Assembly (NCBI GenBank): GCA_965198225.1
Contig: CBDAOY010000008.1
Span: 1,165,792-1,229,791, forward strand
Direction: 5' to 3'
DNA from: Terriglobia bacterium
GTDB lineage: Bacteria; Acidobacteriota; Terriglobia; 20CM-2-55-15
DNA: 64,000 nt
In this document: positions 1-9,950 of the stretch, piece by piece
Layout: every line of letters starts with the position of its first letter
Position numbering within the stretch: the stretch's first letter is position 1
Made by a program: the position numbers and the translations under genes
The notes under the pieces: generated by a model
Told to the model about the DNA's origin: nothing
Databases searched by the model: none
The model's input: the letters and a program-made list of their open reading frames with translations, nothing else

Positions 1-140
1 CAGGCCAATGGTGGCGCCCCGACCCCTGGAACCGGGAGGAATGGGACGTCGAAGTCCAGAGCGGGCAGCAAAACACGCTCTACCGTATCTACCAGGACAA
101 ACGATCAAATGACTGGTTCGTAGACGGTATCTACGACTGA
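1..140 (+). CDS. imuB: imuB-like mutasome subunit, C-terminal end (partial; gene starts upstream of window)
   Basis: Frame 3 is open from the window edge to TGA 138-140. It reads GQWWRPDPWNREEWDVEVQSGQQNTLYRIYQDKRSNDWFVDGIYD*, a W-rich tail like ImuB C-termini. It lies directly upstream of dnaE2, as in imuA-imuB-dnaE2 cassettes. Confidence 0.45.
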   Translation, partial: GQWWRPDPWNREEWDVEVQSGQQNTLYRIYQDKRSNDWFVDGIYD

Positions 141-191
141 ACCGCGCAATCTCGCGATCAATCAACATCTCGCAAACCGTAACAAAGATTT

Positions 192-263
192 TTAACCACG
201 GAGGCTCGGAGGCACAGAGATTTTGATTTTTAGTTCTCCGCGCCTCCGTGTCTCCGTGGTTAA
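192..263. repeat. REP-like hairpin built from CCACGGAG-type octamers, copy 1
   Basis: TTAACCACGGAGGCTCGGAGGCACAGAGA ... TCTCCGCGCCTCCGTGTCTCCGTGGTTAA. Imperfect inverted arms in the imuB-dnaE2 spacer. Related copies at 7338, 15114 and 43971. Confidence 0.8.
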
Positions 264-284
264 ACCTCTTTCTCTTTGTTCCCG

Positions 285-3200
285 ATGTATGTCGAATTGC
301 ATGCCGCCTCCGCATTCAGTTTTCTCCAGGCAGCTTCCCAGCCCGAGGAGCTTGCCCGGATGGCGGCGCGGATGGACATGCCGGCGATGGCGCTCATCGA
401 CCGAGACGGGGTGTTCGGCGCGCCGCGGTTCCACCAGGAGGGCCGGCATCTGGGCATCCGGCCCCACATCGGTTCGGAAATCACCGCCGTCGGGGGGCAT
501 CGCTATCCCCTCTTGATCGCTACTCGGCAGGGTTACCGCAACCTGTGCCGGCTGGTCACGCGTATGAAGATGCGTGCGCGGAAGGGCGAAGGTGTCGCCA
601 CGCTGGAAGAACTGGCCGAACATGCCGCCGGGCTGATCTGCCTGACCGGGGACGAACATGGGCCGCTCACCGCCGCACTCCGCAACGGAGGCATCCCTGT
701 TGCACGCCAGTGTCTCCGGCAATTGACCGATATATTCGGCCGGCTGAACGTGTACGTCGAGTTGCAACGCCATTTCGACCGCGAGGAGGAAGCCCGCACT
801 CAGGCCGCGGTCGCGCTCGCTCGCGAGATGCGCCTGCCGATCCTGGCCACCAACGGTGTCCGCCACACCACGCACCGGGAGATCCTGGATGTGTTCACCT
901 GCATCCGAAACCATCGGACGCTGGAAACAGCGGGTCGCCTGCTCGCCCAGAACGTCGAACGACGGCTGAAAAGCCCGAAAGAGATGTCTTTGCTGTTCCG
1001 GGATCTTCCCGAAGCAATCGCGCACACCGAAGAGGCTTCCCGACGACTCCAATTCACGCTGAACGACCTCGGCTACGAGTTTCCCAAATACCCCGTTCCC
1101 GAAGGCGAAACGATGGATTCGTTCCTCCGGAAGCGGACATACGAGGGCGCACGGAACAGGTATCGGCCACTGCACGAGAAGGCCCGGCGCCAGATCGAAC
1201 GCGAACTGGCGCTGATCGAAAAACTCGAACTGCCCGGCTACTTCTTAATCGTCTGGGACATCGTCGGGTTCTGCCGCAGGCAGAACATCCTGATCCAGGG
1301 GCGCGGATCGGCCGCCAACAGCGCGGTCTGCTATTCGCTGGGGATCACCGCGGTCGATCCCGTGGGCATGGATCTGCTGTTTGAGCGATTCCTTTCCGAA
1401 GAACGCGGGGAGTGGCCCGACATCGACCTGGATCTGCCGAGCGGCGATGAACGGGAAAAGGCCATTCAGTACGTCTACGAACGTTACGGACAACGTGGCG
1501 CCGCCATGACGGCCAACGTCATCTCGTATCGGGGTCGTAGCGCTGCCCGCGAGGTCGGCAAAGTCCTCGGTTTCGACACCGAAACCCTGAACCGTCTTTC
1601 TAACCTGGTCGGCCACTGGGAATACAAAGACCCCAAGGAAAACCTGGAGCTGAAATTCCGGACGGCCGGGATGGATGTAAACCATCCGCGTATCCAAAAG
1701 TTCATGGAGCTCTGCTGCGACATGCAGAACCTGCCGCGGCACCTCGGCCAGCATTCCGGCGGCATGGTGATCTGCCGCGGAGAACTGGATTCGGTCGTTC
1801 CGTTGGAGCCGGCGACGATGCCGGGACGATCGGTTGTCCAGTGGGACAAGGACGATTGTGCCAACATGGGCATCATCAAGGTCGACCTGCTGGGTCTGGG
1901 CATGCTGGCTGTGCTGAAGGACTCGATCGAATTGATCCGTGAAGGTTACGGCAAAGAACTCGACCTGGCACACCTGCCCTCCGACGACCCGACAGTCTAC
2001 CGGACCTTGCACAAGGCCGACACGGTCGGGATGTTCCAGATCGAAAGCCGCGCGCAGATGTCCTGTCTTCCCCGCTTGAAACCCACCTGTTTTTACGACC
2101 TTGTCGTCGAGGTTGCAATCATCCGGCCCGGTCCGATCGTCGGACAGATGGTGCACCCCTACCTGAACCGCCGGCAGGGACGCGAGCCGGTCACCTATCC
2201 TCACCCGTCGCTCGGGCCTGTACTCCAGCGGACGCTCGGCGTACCGCTCTTTCAGGAGCAACTGTTGCGCGTCGCGATGATCGCCGCGGGATTCAGCGGA
2301 GGCGAAGCCGAAGGACTCCGGCGGGCCTTCGGTTTCAAACGATCCGAGGAAAAGATGGACGACATCGAAGTGAAGCTGCGCCAGGGCATGTCCGAGCGCG
2401 GGATCGCTGGCGAAGCCCAGAACCAGATCGTTCAATCGATTACATCCTTTGCCCTGTACGGGTTTCCCGAGTCTCATGCTGCCAGCTTCGCGTTGATTGC
2501 ATACGCGAGCGCCTACCTGAAGTGTCACTACCTGGCGGCTTTTACCGCCGCCATCCTCAACAACCAGCCGATGGGGTTCTACAGCCCCGCGACGCTCGTC
2601 AAGGACGCCCAGCGACACGGGTTGCGCATCAAACCGATTCATGTCGGACGATCCGACTGGTTGTGCACGCTCGAACACCTGAAAGCCGACGAACAGAAAT
2701 CAAAAACACCATGGCCGGACATCGGGGTTCGCCTGGGTCTGAATTACGTTAAAGGACTCCGGGAATTCGCCGGCATGGCTATCGTTCGCGAACGCGCCAG
2801 GAGACCGTTTCGGTCGATCGACGATCTCGCACGCCGCGTCCCGGAATTACAGAAGAAAGAAATGACCCTGCTGGCTGAAGTCGGGGCATTGAACTTCATC
2901 AACCCCGATCGCCCCCTGAACCGTCGGGACGCTCTCTGGCAGGTCGAACGCGCTTCGCGCCGTGCGGGTCCTCTCCTGGATCCGGTCATTGAACCGGACC
3001 GACCATCGCCGCTAAGACAGATGAGCGATGAAGAGCGCCTTGTTTCCGACTTCCGCGTGTCGGGCGTCACGGTCGGCAAACACCCCATGTCGTTCTGCCG
3101 CGACAGGTTGCACAAGATGGGCGTCCGGCGGGCCATCGACTTGCCCCACCTTACTCACGGGACCTGGGTAAAAACAGCAGGATGTGTCATCGCAAGACAA

Positions 3201-3437
3201 CGCCCGGGTACGGCAAAGGGCTTCGTTTTCCTCAGCCTGGAGGATGAAACAGGAATCGCGAACGCGATCTTCACCCCCGACATGCTGGAGCGGAACCGCG
3301 CCGTCATCACGACGGAGCGATTCATCCTGATCGAAGGGCATCTCCAGCATCAGGACAATGTCGTCTCCGTGAAGGTCTGGAAAGTCCGGCCAATCTCGAT
3401 CACCGAAGCGGAAACCAAATCCCGGAATTTCTACTGA
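285..3437 (+). CDS. dnaE2: error-prone DNA polymerase III alpha subunit DnaE2 (ImuC)
   Basis: ORF 276..3437. N-terminus MYVELHAASAFSFLQAAS (PHP domain), internal GMFQIESR, about 1050 aa, follows the imuB-like tail. ATG 285 preferred over TTG 276. Confidence 0.9.
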   Translation: MYVELHAASAFSFLQAASQPEELARMAARMDMPAMALIDRDGVFGAPRFHQEGRHLGIRPHIGSEITAVGGHRYPLLIATRQGYRNLCRLVTRMKMRARKGEGVATLEELAEHAAGLICLTGDEHGPLTAALRNGGIPVARQCLRQLTDIFGRLNVYVELQRHFDREEEARTQAAVALAREMRLPILATNGVRHTTHREILDVFTCIRNHRTLETAGRLLAQNVERRLKSPKEMSLLFRDLPEAIAHTEEASRRLQFTLNDLGYEFPKYPVPEGETMDSFLRKRTYEGARNRYRPLHEKARRQIERELALIEKLELPGYFLIVWDIVGFCRRQNILIQGRGSAANSAVCYSLGITAVDPVGMDLLFERFLSEERGEWPDIDLDLPSGDEREKAIQYVYERYGQRGAAMTANVISYRGRSAAREVGKVLGFDTETLNRLSNLVGHWEYKDPKENLELKFRTAGMDVNHPRIQKFMELCCDMQNLPRHLGQHSGGMVICRGELDSVVPLEPATMPGRSVVQWDKDDCANMGIIKVDLLGLGMLAVLKDSIELIREGYGKELDLAHLPSDDPTVYRTLHKADTVGMFQIESRAQMSCLPRLKPTCFYDLVVEVAIIRPGPIVGQMVHPYLNRRQGREPVTYPHPSLGPVLQRTLGVPLFQEQLLRVAMIAAGFSGGEAEGLRRAFGFKRSEEKMDDIEVKLRQGMSERGIAGEAQNQIVQSITSFALYGFPESHAASFALIAYASAYLKCHYLAAFTAAILNNQPMGFYSPATLVKDAQRHGLRIKPIHVGRSDWLCTLEHLKADEQKSKTPWPDIGVRLGLNYVKGLREFAGMAIVRERARRPFRSIDDLARRVPELQKKEMTLLAEVGALNFINPDRPLNRRDALWQVERASRRAGPLLDPVIEPDRPSPLRQMSDEERLVSDFRVSGVTVGKHPMSFCRDRLHKMGVRRAIDLPHLTHGTWVKTAGCVIARQRPGTAKGFVFLSLEDETGIANAIFTPDMLERNRAVITTERFILIEGHLQHQDNVVSVKVWKVRPISITEAETKSRNFY

Positions 3438-3489
3438 GACCGGTGCCGCGTCACATACCTCAACGCCCGGACTGGGTTATTCTTGGCGG

Positions 3490-4860
3490 GTGACGGGGTA
3501 TCGGCGACTTCAAGTTGTCATTCCCGAACAAGGAAGGCCGGAGCCGGGCCAGACTCTGATGGCAACGAAACGCAAGAAACGCCCCACCAAAGTCAGCTTT
3601 GACGATGCATGCCTGACCCTGGAAACGGTCCTCAAAGAACAGACGCGCCGGGAGATTCTCGACGAAATCTCGAACGCCAAGAACTTCCGGGTATCGTTGT
3701 CGCGGTTGAGGGATGGCATGCGCTCCAATCTTTTCAAGGTAGGGCGTCAACAGGTTTACCTGGACAAGCTCGTCAAACAATTCGACGACCGCACTCGTCA
3801 GGACGGCTTCCACGTCCTTCACGACTGGGACGGCGAGGCCGACAAGCTCAACCCGGAGACCATACCCGTCGACATCGTCAATTACCTGCTTGCCGGCGCC
3901 GCCGCACATCCTGAGAGACAGGTTCTGGAAATCCTTCTCGACTACTACTTCCTCTACGTCCTGGCGCTCATGACCCTGAGATCCTGGGACGGCAATGCCG
4001 ACGAAAATCTCGACCGGCTCAACGGACTTCTCGGAGAGCTCCAGGGCCCGAACGGCAGCGGCCAGAAGTTCACCGAAAACGCCGAAACCCTCCTGCTCAT
4101 TGCCACCTCCCATTTCGAACCGGACGACACGGCTTATCACCGCTTGCTCGACAGGGTACGGACCTGGAATGAATCCCATCGTGTAAAGATCGCCCTCGCG
4201 CACGCGGCGATACTCGGCAGTCATCTGCGGTTCGGGTTCGAAGCGTCATACGGCAGGGACATCGTCGCACTCCGAGAGGACAATGTCCCCGACTATCCCT
4301 GGTTGTGTTTCGCGGCTTCGACCCTGATGCAGGCCTACTCACGCATGCACGATGAGGGCATTCAGGGAGCGGAACGCGAGCAGGTCGTGGAGGGAGTCCT
4401 GAACAGCCTGACCCCGGACCCCAGGGCATTCGTCGGTAAGCCTCCGGCTTCCCTGGCCGCCTACGAAGACGAGCGTTCGCAGGTTCCCGAACTCCTCGGA
4501 GTACACGGTAGACACCTGTTCGACGAAGGCAGAAGCCATCGGCCTTCGCCCGACAAGTACTCGCCGATGGCCTTCTTCTTCAACTTTCCGCACAACATCC
4601 TCAAGGGGATGGTCGTTCATTCGCTTCTTCACGGAGAATTGTCCCGCCTGACGATGAATGACCTGCTCACCGGCATTCCCCGGGACGATCAACTCAGCGA
4701 ATCGAAAACGAGGTTGGCGCAAACTCTGATGGCATACGCGCGTTCGAGTCCGGACACGATACGAGGTCGACCGACACCCGCCGTCATCTATGACCCCTCC
4801 GCAGGCCTTCGGTTCTTTGTGAAGACGATGGGTGTCGTCAAGGGACAGGCAGTCCAATAG
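3490..4860 (+). CDS. hypothetical protein, no family recognised
   Basis: Long ORF co-oriented 50 nt downstream of dnaE2. The opposite-strand ORFs are shorter and arginine-rich shadows. Alternative ATG at 3559 (MATKRKKRPTK...). Confidence 0.5.
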   Translation: MTGYRRLQVVIPEQGRPEPGQTLMATKRKKRPTKVSFDDACLTLETVLKEQTRREILDEISNAKNFRVSLSRLRDGMRSNLFKVGRQQVYLDKLVKQFDDRTRQDGFHVLHDWDGEADKLNPETIPVDIVNYLLAGAAAHPERQVLEILLDYYFLYVLALMTLRSWDGNADENLDRLNGLLGELQGPNGSGQKFTENAETLLLIATSHFEPDDTAYHRLLDRVRTWNESHRVKIALAHAAILGSHLRFGFEASYGRDIVALREDNVPDYPWLCFAASTLMQAYSRMHDEGIQGAEREQVVEGVLNSLTPDPRAFVGKPPASLAAYEDERSQVPELLGVHGRHLFDEGRSHRPSPDKYSPMAFFFNFPHNILKGMVVHSLLHGELSRLTMNDLLTGIPRDDQLSESKTRLAQTLMAYARSSPDTIRGRPTPAVIYDPSAGLRFFVKTMGVVKGQAVQ

Positions 4861-4987
4861 CGCCGCGCTGGCTCGGCCGTCAAGAGGGGACGGCAAATGA
4901 AAGGCGATCAACGCCGCGAGGAAGGACACGCTGCCCAGCGTCACGGCTGGCTGATGCAGGGGAAAACGTGCGGTTGGCGCCCGTTGC

Positions 4988-6940
4988 TCAGGCGACGCCC
5001 GCCCACCGCAGTGTCTGAACCGTGGCCACCGCGGCGACGTAGCCCAGTCCGGTGTAGAACGCCAGCTGGATCATCGCGAACCGCCAGGAATTCGTCTCTT
5101 TACGGACCACGGCAACGGTCGCAACACATTGGAGGGAGAAGAAAAAGAACACGATCAGACCGACCATGCTCGAAGGAGTGAAGACCGGCGTTCCATCGGG
5201 AAATGTCGCCGTTCGCATCTCTTCCAGGAGGCCCGTTGCTTGCGCATCTTCGTCGCCTTCGACATGGAAAACGATCGCCATCGCGCTGACGAACACCTCG
5301 CGGGCCGCAAACGCCGAAATCAATCCGACTCCGACACGCCAATCGACGCCCATCGGCCGCAGCAGCGGCTCCATGGTCTGACCCAGCTGCGCCGCCAGCG
5401 AGAGATCCATTTCCGACTGCACGATCAGCGGAGGGGTTGCCGCCGATGCAAGCTGCGGTTGTTGCGAGCCCAGACCGAAGTTCGAAAGCAGCCAGAGGAC
5501 TATCGCAATCACCACGATCGGCCCCCCTGCCTTCTTCAGGTACGACGACGAGCGGGCCCACGTCATGCGGAGGATGATCTTCCAGCGTGGAACGCGGTAG
5601 ACGGGCAGTTCCATGGCGAGCATGGATGACGTCTGCTCGCGGTAGACGAACCGCCCGATCACCCCGGCAACCAGGGAACCGATCAGCAGACTGGATACGT
5701 AAATCGCAGCGAGACTGAGACCGGCCGCCCAGGCCAAGCCGGGCAGTAAGGCGGCCAGCAGCAGCGCATAGACCGGAAGCCGGGCGCTACAGCTCATCAG
5801 GGGGATGATCCAGATCGTCAGAAGGCGTTCGCGCAGGGTGGGGATGGATCGCGATGCGAACACTGCAGGAATCGCACACGCGAAGCCCGACAGCATCGGG
5901 ACGAACGACCGACCGTGCAACCCGAAGTAGGACAGGGGACGGTCGACCAGCGTCGCGCCGCGTGCGAGATAACCGGAATCCTCCAGGAGTGTCATCAGAA
6001 AAAACAGGATCACGATCTGGGGGAAGAATACGGCTACCGCCCCGACCCCTCCGATGAGACCTTCGGCGACAAACCGTGTCAGCAACGACTCGGGAGATAC
6101 CGACACGAACAGATTGCCCGTCGCGCCGAACAGTCCATCGATGGCGTCCATGAAAGGCTGCGCAAACCAGAAGATCGACGCGAACAGCCCGATCAGGACG
6201 GCCAAGAAGAGCGGAAAACCGAGGTGTCGATGCAAGGCGATCTGATCGATACGTGCGGTGAGCGAATCGCTCTGAACTCGTACGTCCGAACGGGTAAGCG
6301 CTGCGCTCGAGCGCAGCAGGCCGCGCACCTGGTCGTAACCGACCACCGGGTCATCGTCCACTCTCGCCAATTCGTTGGACGCCGAACCTGGCCCGGCTGG
6401 GGACCGTACCGAAGACACGAGTTCCGGCACTCCCCGTCCCGTGCGAGCGTCGACGGCCACCGCCGGCACGCCCAGTGTTGTAGACAGTCGTTCCACATCC
6501 AGCGACTGTCCCGTCCGGTCGAGCAGGTCCATCATCGTCAGGGCCAGAATCACCGGACTCCCCTGGCGCGCCACGAATGCGGCAAACTTCAGATGGCGTT
6601 CCAGCTGTGTCGCGTCGACGACCAGGACGAAGGCGTCGGCGTGAACCCCAGGATGACGGGACTCGATGACCTGGCAGGACAGCTCTTCTTCAGGCGACGG
6701 GTCGATGGGACTGTGAACACCGGGCAGGTCGACGAGATCGAGGGGAGGGCCCAGTTCGGATCGAGTCCTGCCCGAGAGTAGATTGACAGTAACGCCGGGA
6801 TAGTTGGCGGTATGGAAACTACCGCCGGTGAGGGCATTCATCAGGGTGGTCTTGCCCGAGTTCGGCATTCCCACCAAACACACCGTCAGCGGCTTGGCCT
6901 CGTCCTCGAGCCCACTCGCCGCCTCGGCGGGTGTTTTCAT
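4988..6940 (-). CDS. feoB: ferrous iron transporter FeoB
   Basis: G-domain motifs GMPNSGKTTL and DLPG, followed by a polytopic membrane domain. ATG 6940 overlaps the feoA stop (ATGA). The ORF-track extension to 7087 is not supported. Confidence 0.9.
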   Translation of the reverse strand: MKTPAEAASGLEDEAKPLTVCLVGMPNSGKTTLMNALTGGSFHTANYPGVTVNLLSGRTRSELGPPLDLVDLPGVHSPIDPSPEEELSCQVIESRHPGVHADAFVLVVDATQLERHLKFAAFVARQGSPVILALTMMDLLDRTGQSLDVERLSTTLGVPAVAVDARTGRGVPELVSSVRSPAGPGSASNELARVDDDPVVGYDQVRGLLRSSAALTRSDVRVQSDSLTARIDQIALHRHLGFPLFLAVLIGLFASIFWFAQPFMDAIDGLFGATGNLFVSVSPESLLTRFVAEGLIGGVGAVAVFFPQIVILFFLMTLLEDSGYLARGATLVDRPLSYFGLHGRSFVPMLSGFACAIPAVFASRSIPTLRERLLTIWIIPLMSCSARLPVYALLLAALLPGLAWAAGLSLAAIYVSSLLIGSLVAGVIGRFVYREQTSSMLAMELPVYRVPRWKIILRMTWARSSSYLKKAGGPIVVIAIVLWLLSNFGLGSQQPQLASAATPPLIVQSEMDLSLAAQLGQTMEPLLRPMGVDWRVGVGLISAFAAREVFVSAMAIVFHVEGDEDAQATGLLEEMRTATFPDGTPVFTPSSMVGLIVFFFFSLQCVATVAVVRKETNSWRFAMIQLAFYTGLGYVAAVATVQTLRWAGVA

Positions 6941-7200
6941 TGCACCAGGATCCAGGAAGCCTCGCGCTTCCTGAGGGCGAGCTGCGCTCCGCGAACCACG
7001 ACCACGATCGGACCACCCAAGGGAGTGGAGCGCGCCACGGCAACACGTTCGCCCGGCGTCAGGCCAAGATCCTGAAGCCGCCTGCATTCCTTATCGGGGC
7101 CGTCGAGCCGCGCGATCTCGTGCCACTCGTTCCCAGATACCTCCGATAGCTTCAACCGGTCTCGTGTTAGTTCGATCACTCTTCCAACTCCGCTCAACAT
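6937..7200 (-). CDS. feoA: FeoA family protein
   Basis: C-terminal 87 aa of ORF 6937..7422 (MLSGVGRVIELTRDRLKLSEV...RLQDLGLTPGERVAVARSTPLGGPIVVVVRGAQLALRKREA), typical FeoA/SH3-like. Coupled to feoB. Confidence 0.8.
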   Translation of the reverse strand: MLSGVGRVIELTRDRLKLSEVSGNEWHEIARLDGPDKECRRLQDLGLTPGERVAVARSTPLGGPIVVVVRGAQLALRKREASWILVQ

Positions 7201-7214
7201 GATACCACGCAAAT

Positions 7215-7233
7215 GAAAACGATTGTCATTTTC
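7215..7233 (-). promoter_or_regulatory. Fur-box-like operator upstream of feoAB
   Basis: Minus-strand GAAAATGACAATCGTTTTC matches 15/19 positions of GATAATGATAATCATTATC. It lies inside the dyad AATGAAAA..TTTTCATT (7212..7236), 15 nt upstream of the feoA ATG. Confidence 0.6.
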
Positions 7234-7337
7234 ATTGCTGATTGAACTATCGCCGAAGAGCGCCGGAAGAGCAAGTATGTTTTCGATTATTTTGCAGAAA
7301 CCGAGGCCACTTTCAGGAAGTAGGACCAGGGAACGTT

Positions 7338-7413
7338 CACCACGGAGGCAAGGAGTCACGGACGGTCGAGTGATTTTGTTCCTTCCACTCCGTGCCTTCG
7401 CGCCTCCGTGGTT
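7338..7413. repeat. REP-like hairpin, CCACGGAG family, copy 2
   Basis: CACCACGGAGGCAAGGAGTCACGGA ... TCCACTCCGTGCCTTCGCGCCTCCGTGGTT, between the amidohydrolase stop and the feoA promoter region. Confidence 0.75.
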
Positions 7414-7425
7414 GCTCTTCATACG

Positions 7426-8822
7426 TCAATCGAACACCCGGCCGCCCTTCATGACGAGATGAATCCTTGTCGTGTTGAGAATATCTTCCAGCGGGTCGGC
7501 GTCCAGGATGACCAGGTCGGCGTACTTCCCTGCTTCCAGGGTTCCGACATCGTCTTGCTTCCCCATGACTGCCGCGGCGTTCCGAGTCGCCGAGATGAGG
7601 ATATCCATCGGTGCCAGCCCCGCATCCCGCATCAAGTCGAATTCCCTGAACAGCGAGGGGCCGTGCAGAGTGCCGATATTTCCGGCATCGGTCGCACCGA
7701 CCACCCGAACGCCTGCCGCCTGGAGTCGCTCCAGGTTGTCGAACGCGACGGGGCGGCCTTCCGGAGCCTGCCGGCGGCGTAACCCTCCCGGGATCTCGTC
7801 ATGCGGGATTCGGTCCAGGTCCGACCAGGTCGCGATGACCTCCGGGTCACCGAGTTCGCGTTCCACCTCCAGCAGGTCCACCTCCTGATTGAGGACCTCG
7901 CGGTACCCCTCGCCGACGACCAGTGTGCTCGTGTACAGTACGTCGTTCTCCTTGAGCAATTCGATGAACTCGTCGTCGACGGGCAGATCCGAGACGCTGT
8001 GCACCAGGACGTCCGCCCCGGCGCGCACGGCCGCCTTCGCCACCTCGAGTTGCGTGGCGTGGACCGAAGCCCGCACGCCACCTTTGTGGCTCTCATCAAT
8101 CGCGGCGGCGACAATTTCGACCTGTTCCGACAGGTCGTCTTCCGGCCTGTGGATGAACCAGACCTTCGTCAGGTCCGGATCCTCGCCGAGCTGGCTGCGT
8201 ATCAGGTCGCGGGCGTCCTGCGGCGTGAAGACTCGAATGATAGGGGGGTCGTCGACCTGGACTCTGGAGGTACGTATGTCGACGCCAGTGGGCCGGCCAC
8301 GGCAACGCGAGGGGCCCTGTCCGTCTGTTCGGCCAACTCGCGGATATCGAAGTTGCTCATCGGCCCGCCAACATCGACAACGCCCGTGATGCCGCACGAC
8401 AGGTAGCGCGCGAACGTGTCAGGCAGACGATCCCAGATCCACTCCCGCTCCTCCTCGTAGGATCGCCACTCCCGTAAATCGATGACGTCTGGCCGCGTGT
8501 AGATTCCGCCCGACTGGAAGAAGTGGACGTGTGCATCGATCAGTCCGGGAATGATCCACTTCCCCTCCGCATCGATCAACTCGGCATCGTCGGGCACGGC
8601 AACGCGATCCCCCGGTCCGATCTCTCGAATCCGTTCTCCCTCGATGACGATCACCGCATCTTCGATCGGCGTTCGTCCGGTCGAATCGATCACCGTGCCG
8701 CCGCGGATGACCGTGATCCTACCCTGGCCCCAGGCTGTGGCCGGCGCCACCACCGATGCGGCAACCATGAGGAAGGAGATCATGCACCCGAGTGCATGGC
8801 GGACGATAAGGGAGCGACACAT
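7426..8822 (-). pseudogene. amidohydrolase-family metal-dependent hydrolase, reading frame broken once
   Basis: ORF 8202..8942 gives a signal peptide plus PGLIDAHVHF. ORF 7426..8397 gives the rest (HATQLE..., GATDAGN, GKYADLVILDADPLEDI). The frames switch within about 8240-8290, where a G6 run lies at 8243..8248. Confidence 0.75.
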
Positions 8823-8881
8823 GGCTGATCCTCCTGAACAGATCGAATTGATGGAAAAGTCCCTGCATTGTAGCAAAGTGG

Positions 8882-8902
8882 GTAGTCCGTAGGCCGTTGT
8901 CC
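8882..8902. repeat. GTAGGCC-heptamer repeat, short copy
   Basis: GTAGTCCGTAGGCCGTTGTCC, same motif as 20136, 33162, 48458 and 62970. Confidence 0.6.
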
Positions 8903-9097
8903 TTCGAGTGCGGGTGTAGGTGCCGTCTATGATCGGAACCATTCATCAGCGTCGGGCCCACCGTCCCCCTCCTGACGAGAACTTGAGCGTTCAAGTACCG
9001 ATAGCAGTGCGCGGGTGTATGGAGAAAGACAGCTGGTCCGGTCCCCCCACGCCTCGCTCGAACCGAAACGATGTACACTCATGGAGCGCACCTACAC

Positions 9098-9727
9098 TCA
9101 CTTCTTCTCTTCCACGAATTCCGGCGCGGCCGTGTCGAGGAGAATCTGGATCCCCTTCTGAATGATGAACGGCGCCATGACGACCGCGCCAAGCGCGTCG
9201 CCCCACCAAATGTCCATGCCCGAATTGATCAGCAGGCTGATCAGAAGGACCATCGAAAGGTAGGAATTGCCGAAGGTGAAGACCGCAGCGCGTTTCAGGG
9301 CCGGACTCTTGAGCTCCATGGCCAGCGCCTTCATGTAGGAACCGATGATGGGTATCAGAAGCATCGACACGGCCGCCAACCCGACGCCCAACAACGTCGC
9401 AACGGGTCTTTCACGACTCCAGAGGCCGCTGATGCCGATTCCGAACGCGATCAAGCCCGCCAGCACATAGCCGGCACCTGCGGCGCGAAAAAGCCCCCTT
9501 TCGGGACCTTCGGCAACGTCGGCCGTGTTGAGCCGGCCGATCCTCACGCCCAGTATCACTTCTCTGGAAGCGCTGACGACTGCGTCAAGACCAAAAGCCA
9601 GCAGAACCGGTGAAGCGACCCGCGACCACAGGGCGAAACTCGCGACGGCCTGAAGCAGGTGAACGAGAGCGGTCAGCAGTGCCAGGAAGAAGAAGTGACG
9701 GATCCAGGTTTGTCGGTCGTCGATCAT
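9098..9727 (-). CDS. cation transporter (CDF-like membrane domain only)
   Basis: Hydrophobic protein of about 210 aa with LLAFGLDAVVSASREVIL, resembling short cation-efflux family proteins. ATG 9727 preferred over TTG 9739. Confidence 0.55.
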   Translation of the reverse strand: MIDDRQTWIRHFFFLALLTALVHLLQAVASFALWSRVASPVLLAFGLDAVVSASREVILGVRIGRLNTADVAEGPERGLFRAAGAGYVLAGLIAFGIGISGLWSRERPVATLLGVGLAAVSMLLIPIIGSYMKALAMELKSPALKRAAVFTFGNSYLSMVLLISLLINSGMDIWWGDALGAVVMAPFIIQKGIQILLDTAAPEFVEEKK

Positions 9728-9872
9728 GCAGCAGGGCAATGAGCGATCAGCGTTCAGCTATCAGCTCAACCGGATGCGACTATGGTCGCCTCCCGAAGTA
9801 GTGGTCCGGGTAGGGCGTTGAGAGATGCCGATCTCTGGCAGGTGGCATCAGGCGTGGTTACACGCACTGGTG

Positions 9873-9945
9873 GCTGCTGACAGCACGCTTGATCCCGAAG
9901 AATCTGGGAGCAAAACGCTCACACCAAAAGATCAAGCGTCAAGGG
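9873..9945. repeat. about 70-bp gene-3'-end element, copy 1
   Basis: GCTGCTGACAGCACGCTTGATCCCGAAGAATCTGGGAGCAAAACGCTCACACCAAAAGATCAAGCGTCAAGGG with arms CGCTTGATC/GATCAAGCG. It ends 5 nt before the proS stop. Homologous copy at 22586. Confidence 0.75.
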
Positions 9946-9950
9946 ACGGG

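Noticed and set aside
192-2678. Long ORFs antisense or out of frame to dnaE2 (192..1175 minus, 248..1384 plus, 1245..2678 minus)
   Set aside because: They are Arg/Pro/Gly-rich shadow ORFs typical of GC-rich DNA and overlap a gene with unambiguous DnaE2 homology. The same applies to 9825..11069, 9979..11337, 12001..13203, 12273..13589, 16110..17456, 16348..17202, 22584..23852, 24821..26035, 28234..29640, 41730..43028, 45718..46407, 47145..48422, 49120..50355, 50827..52059, 54089..55354 and 54283..56286.
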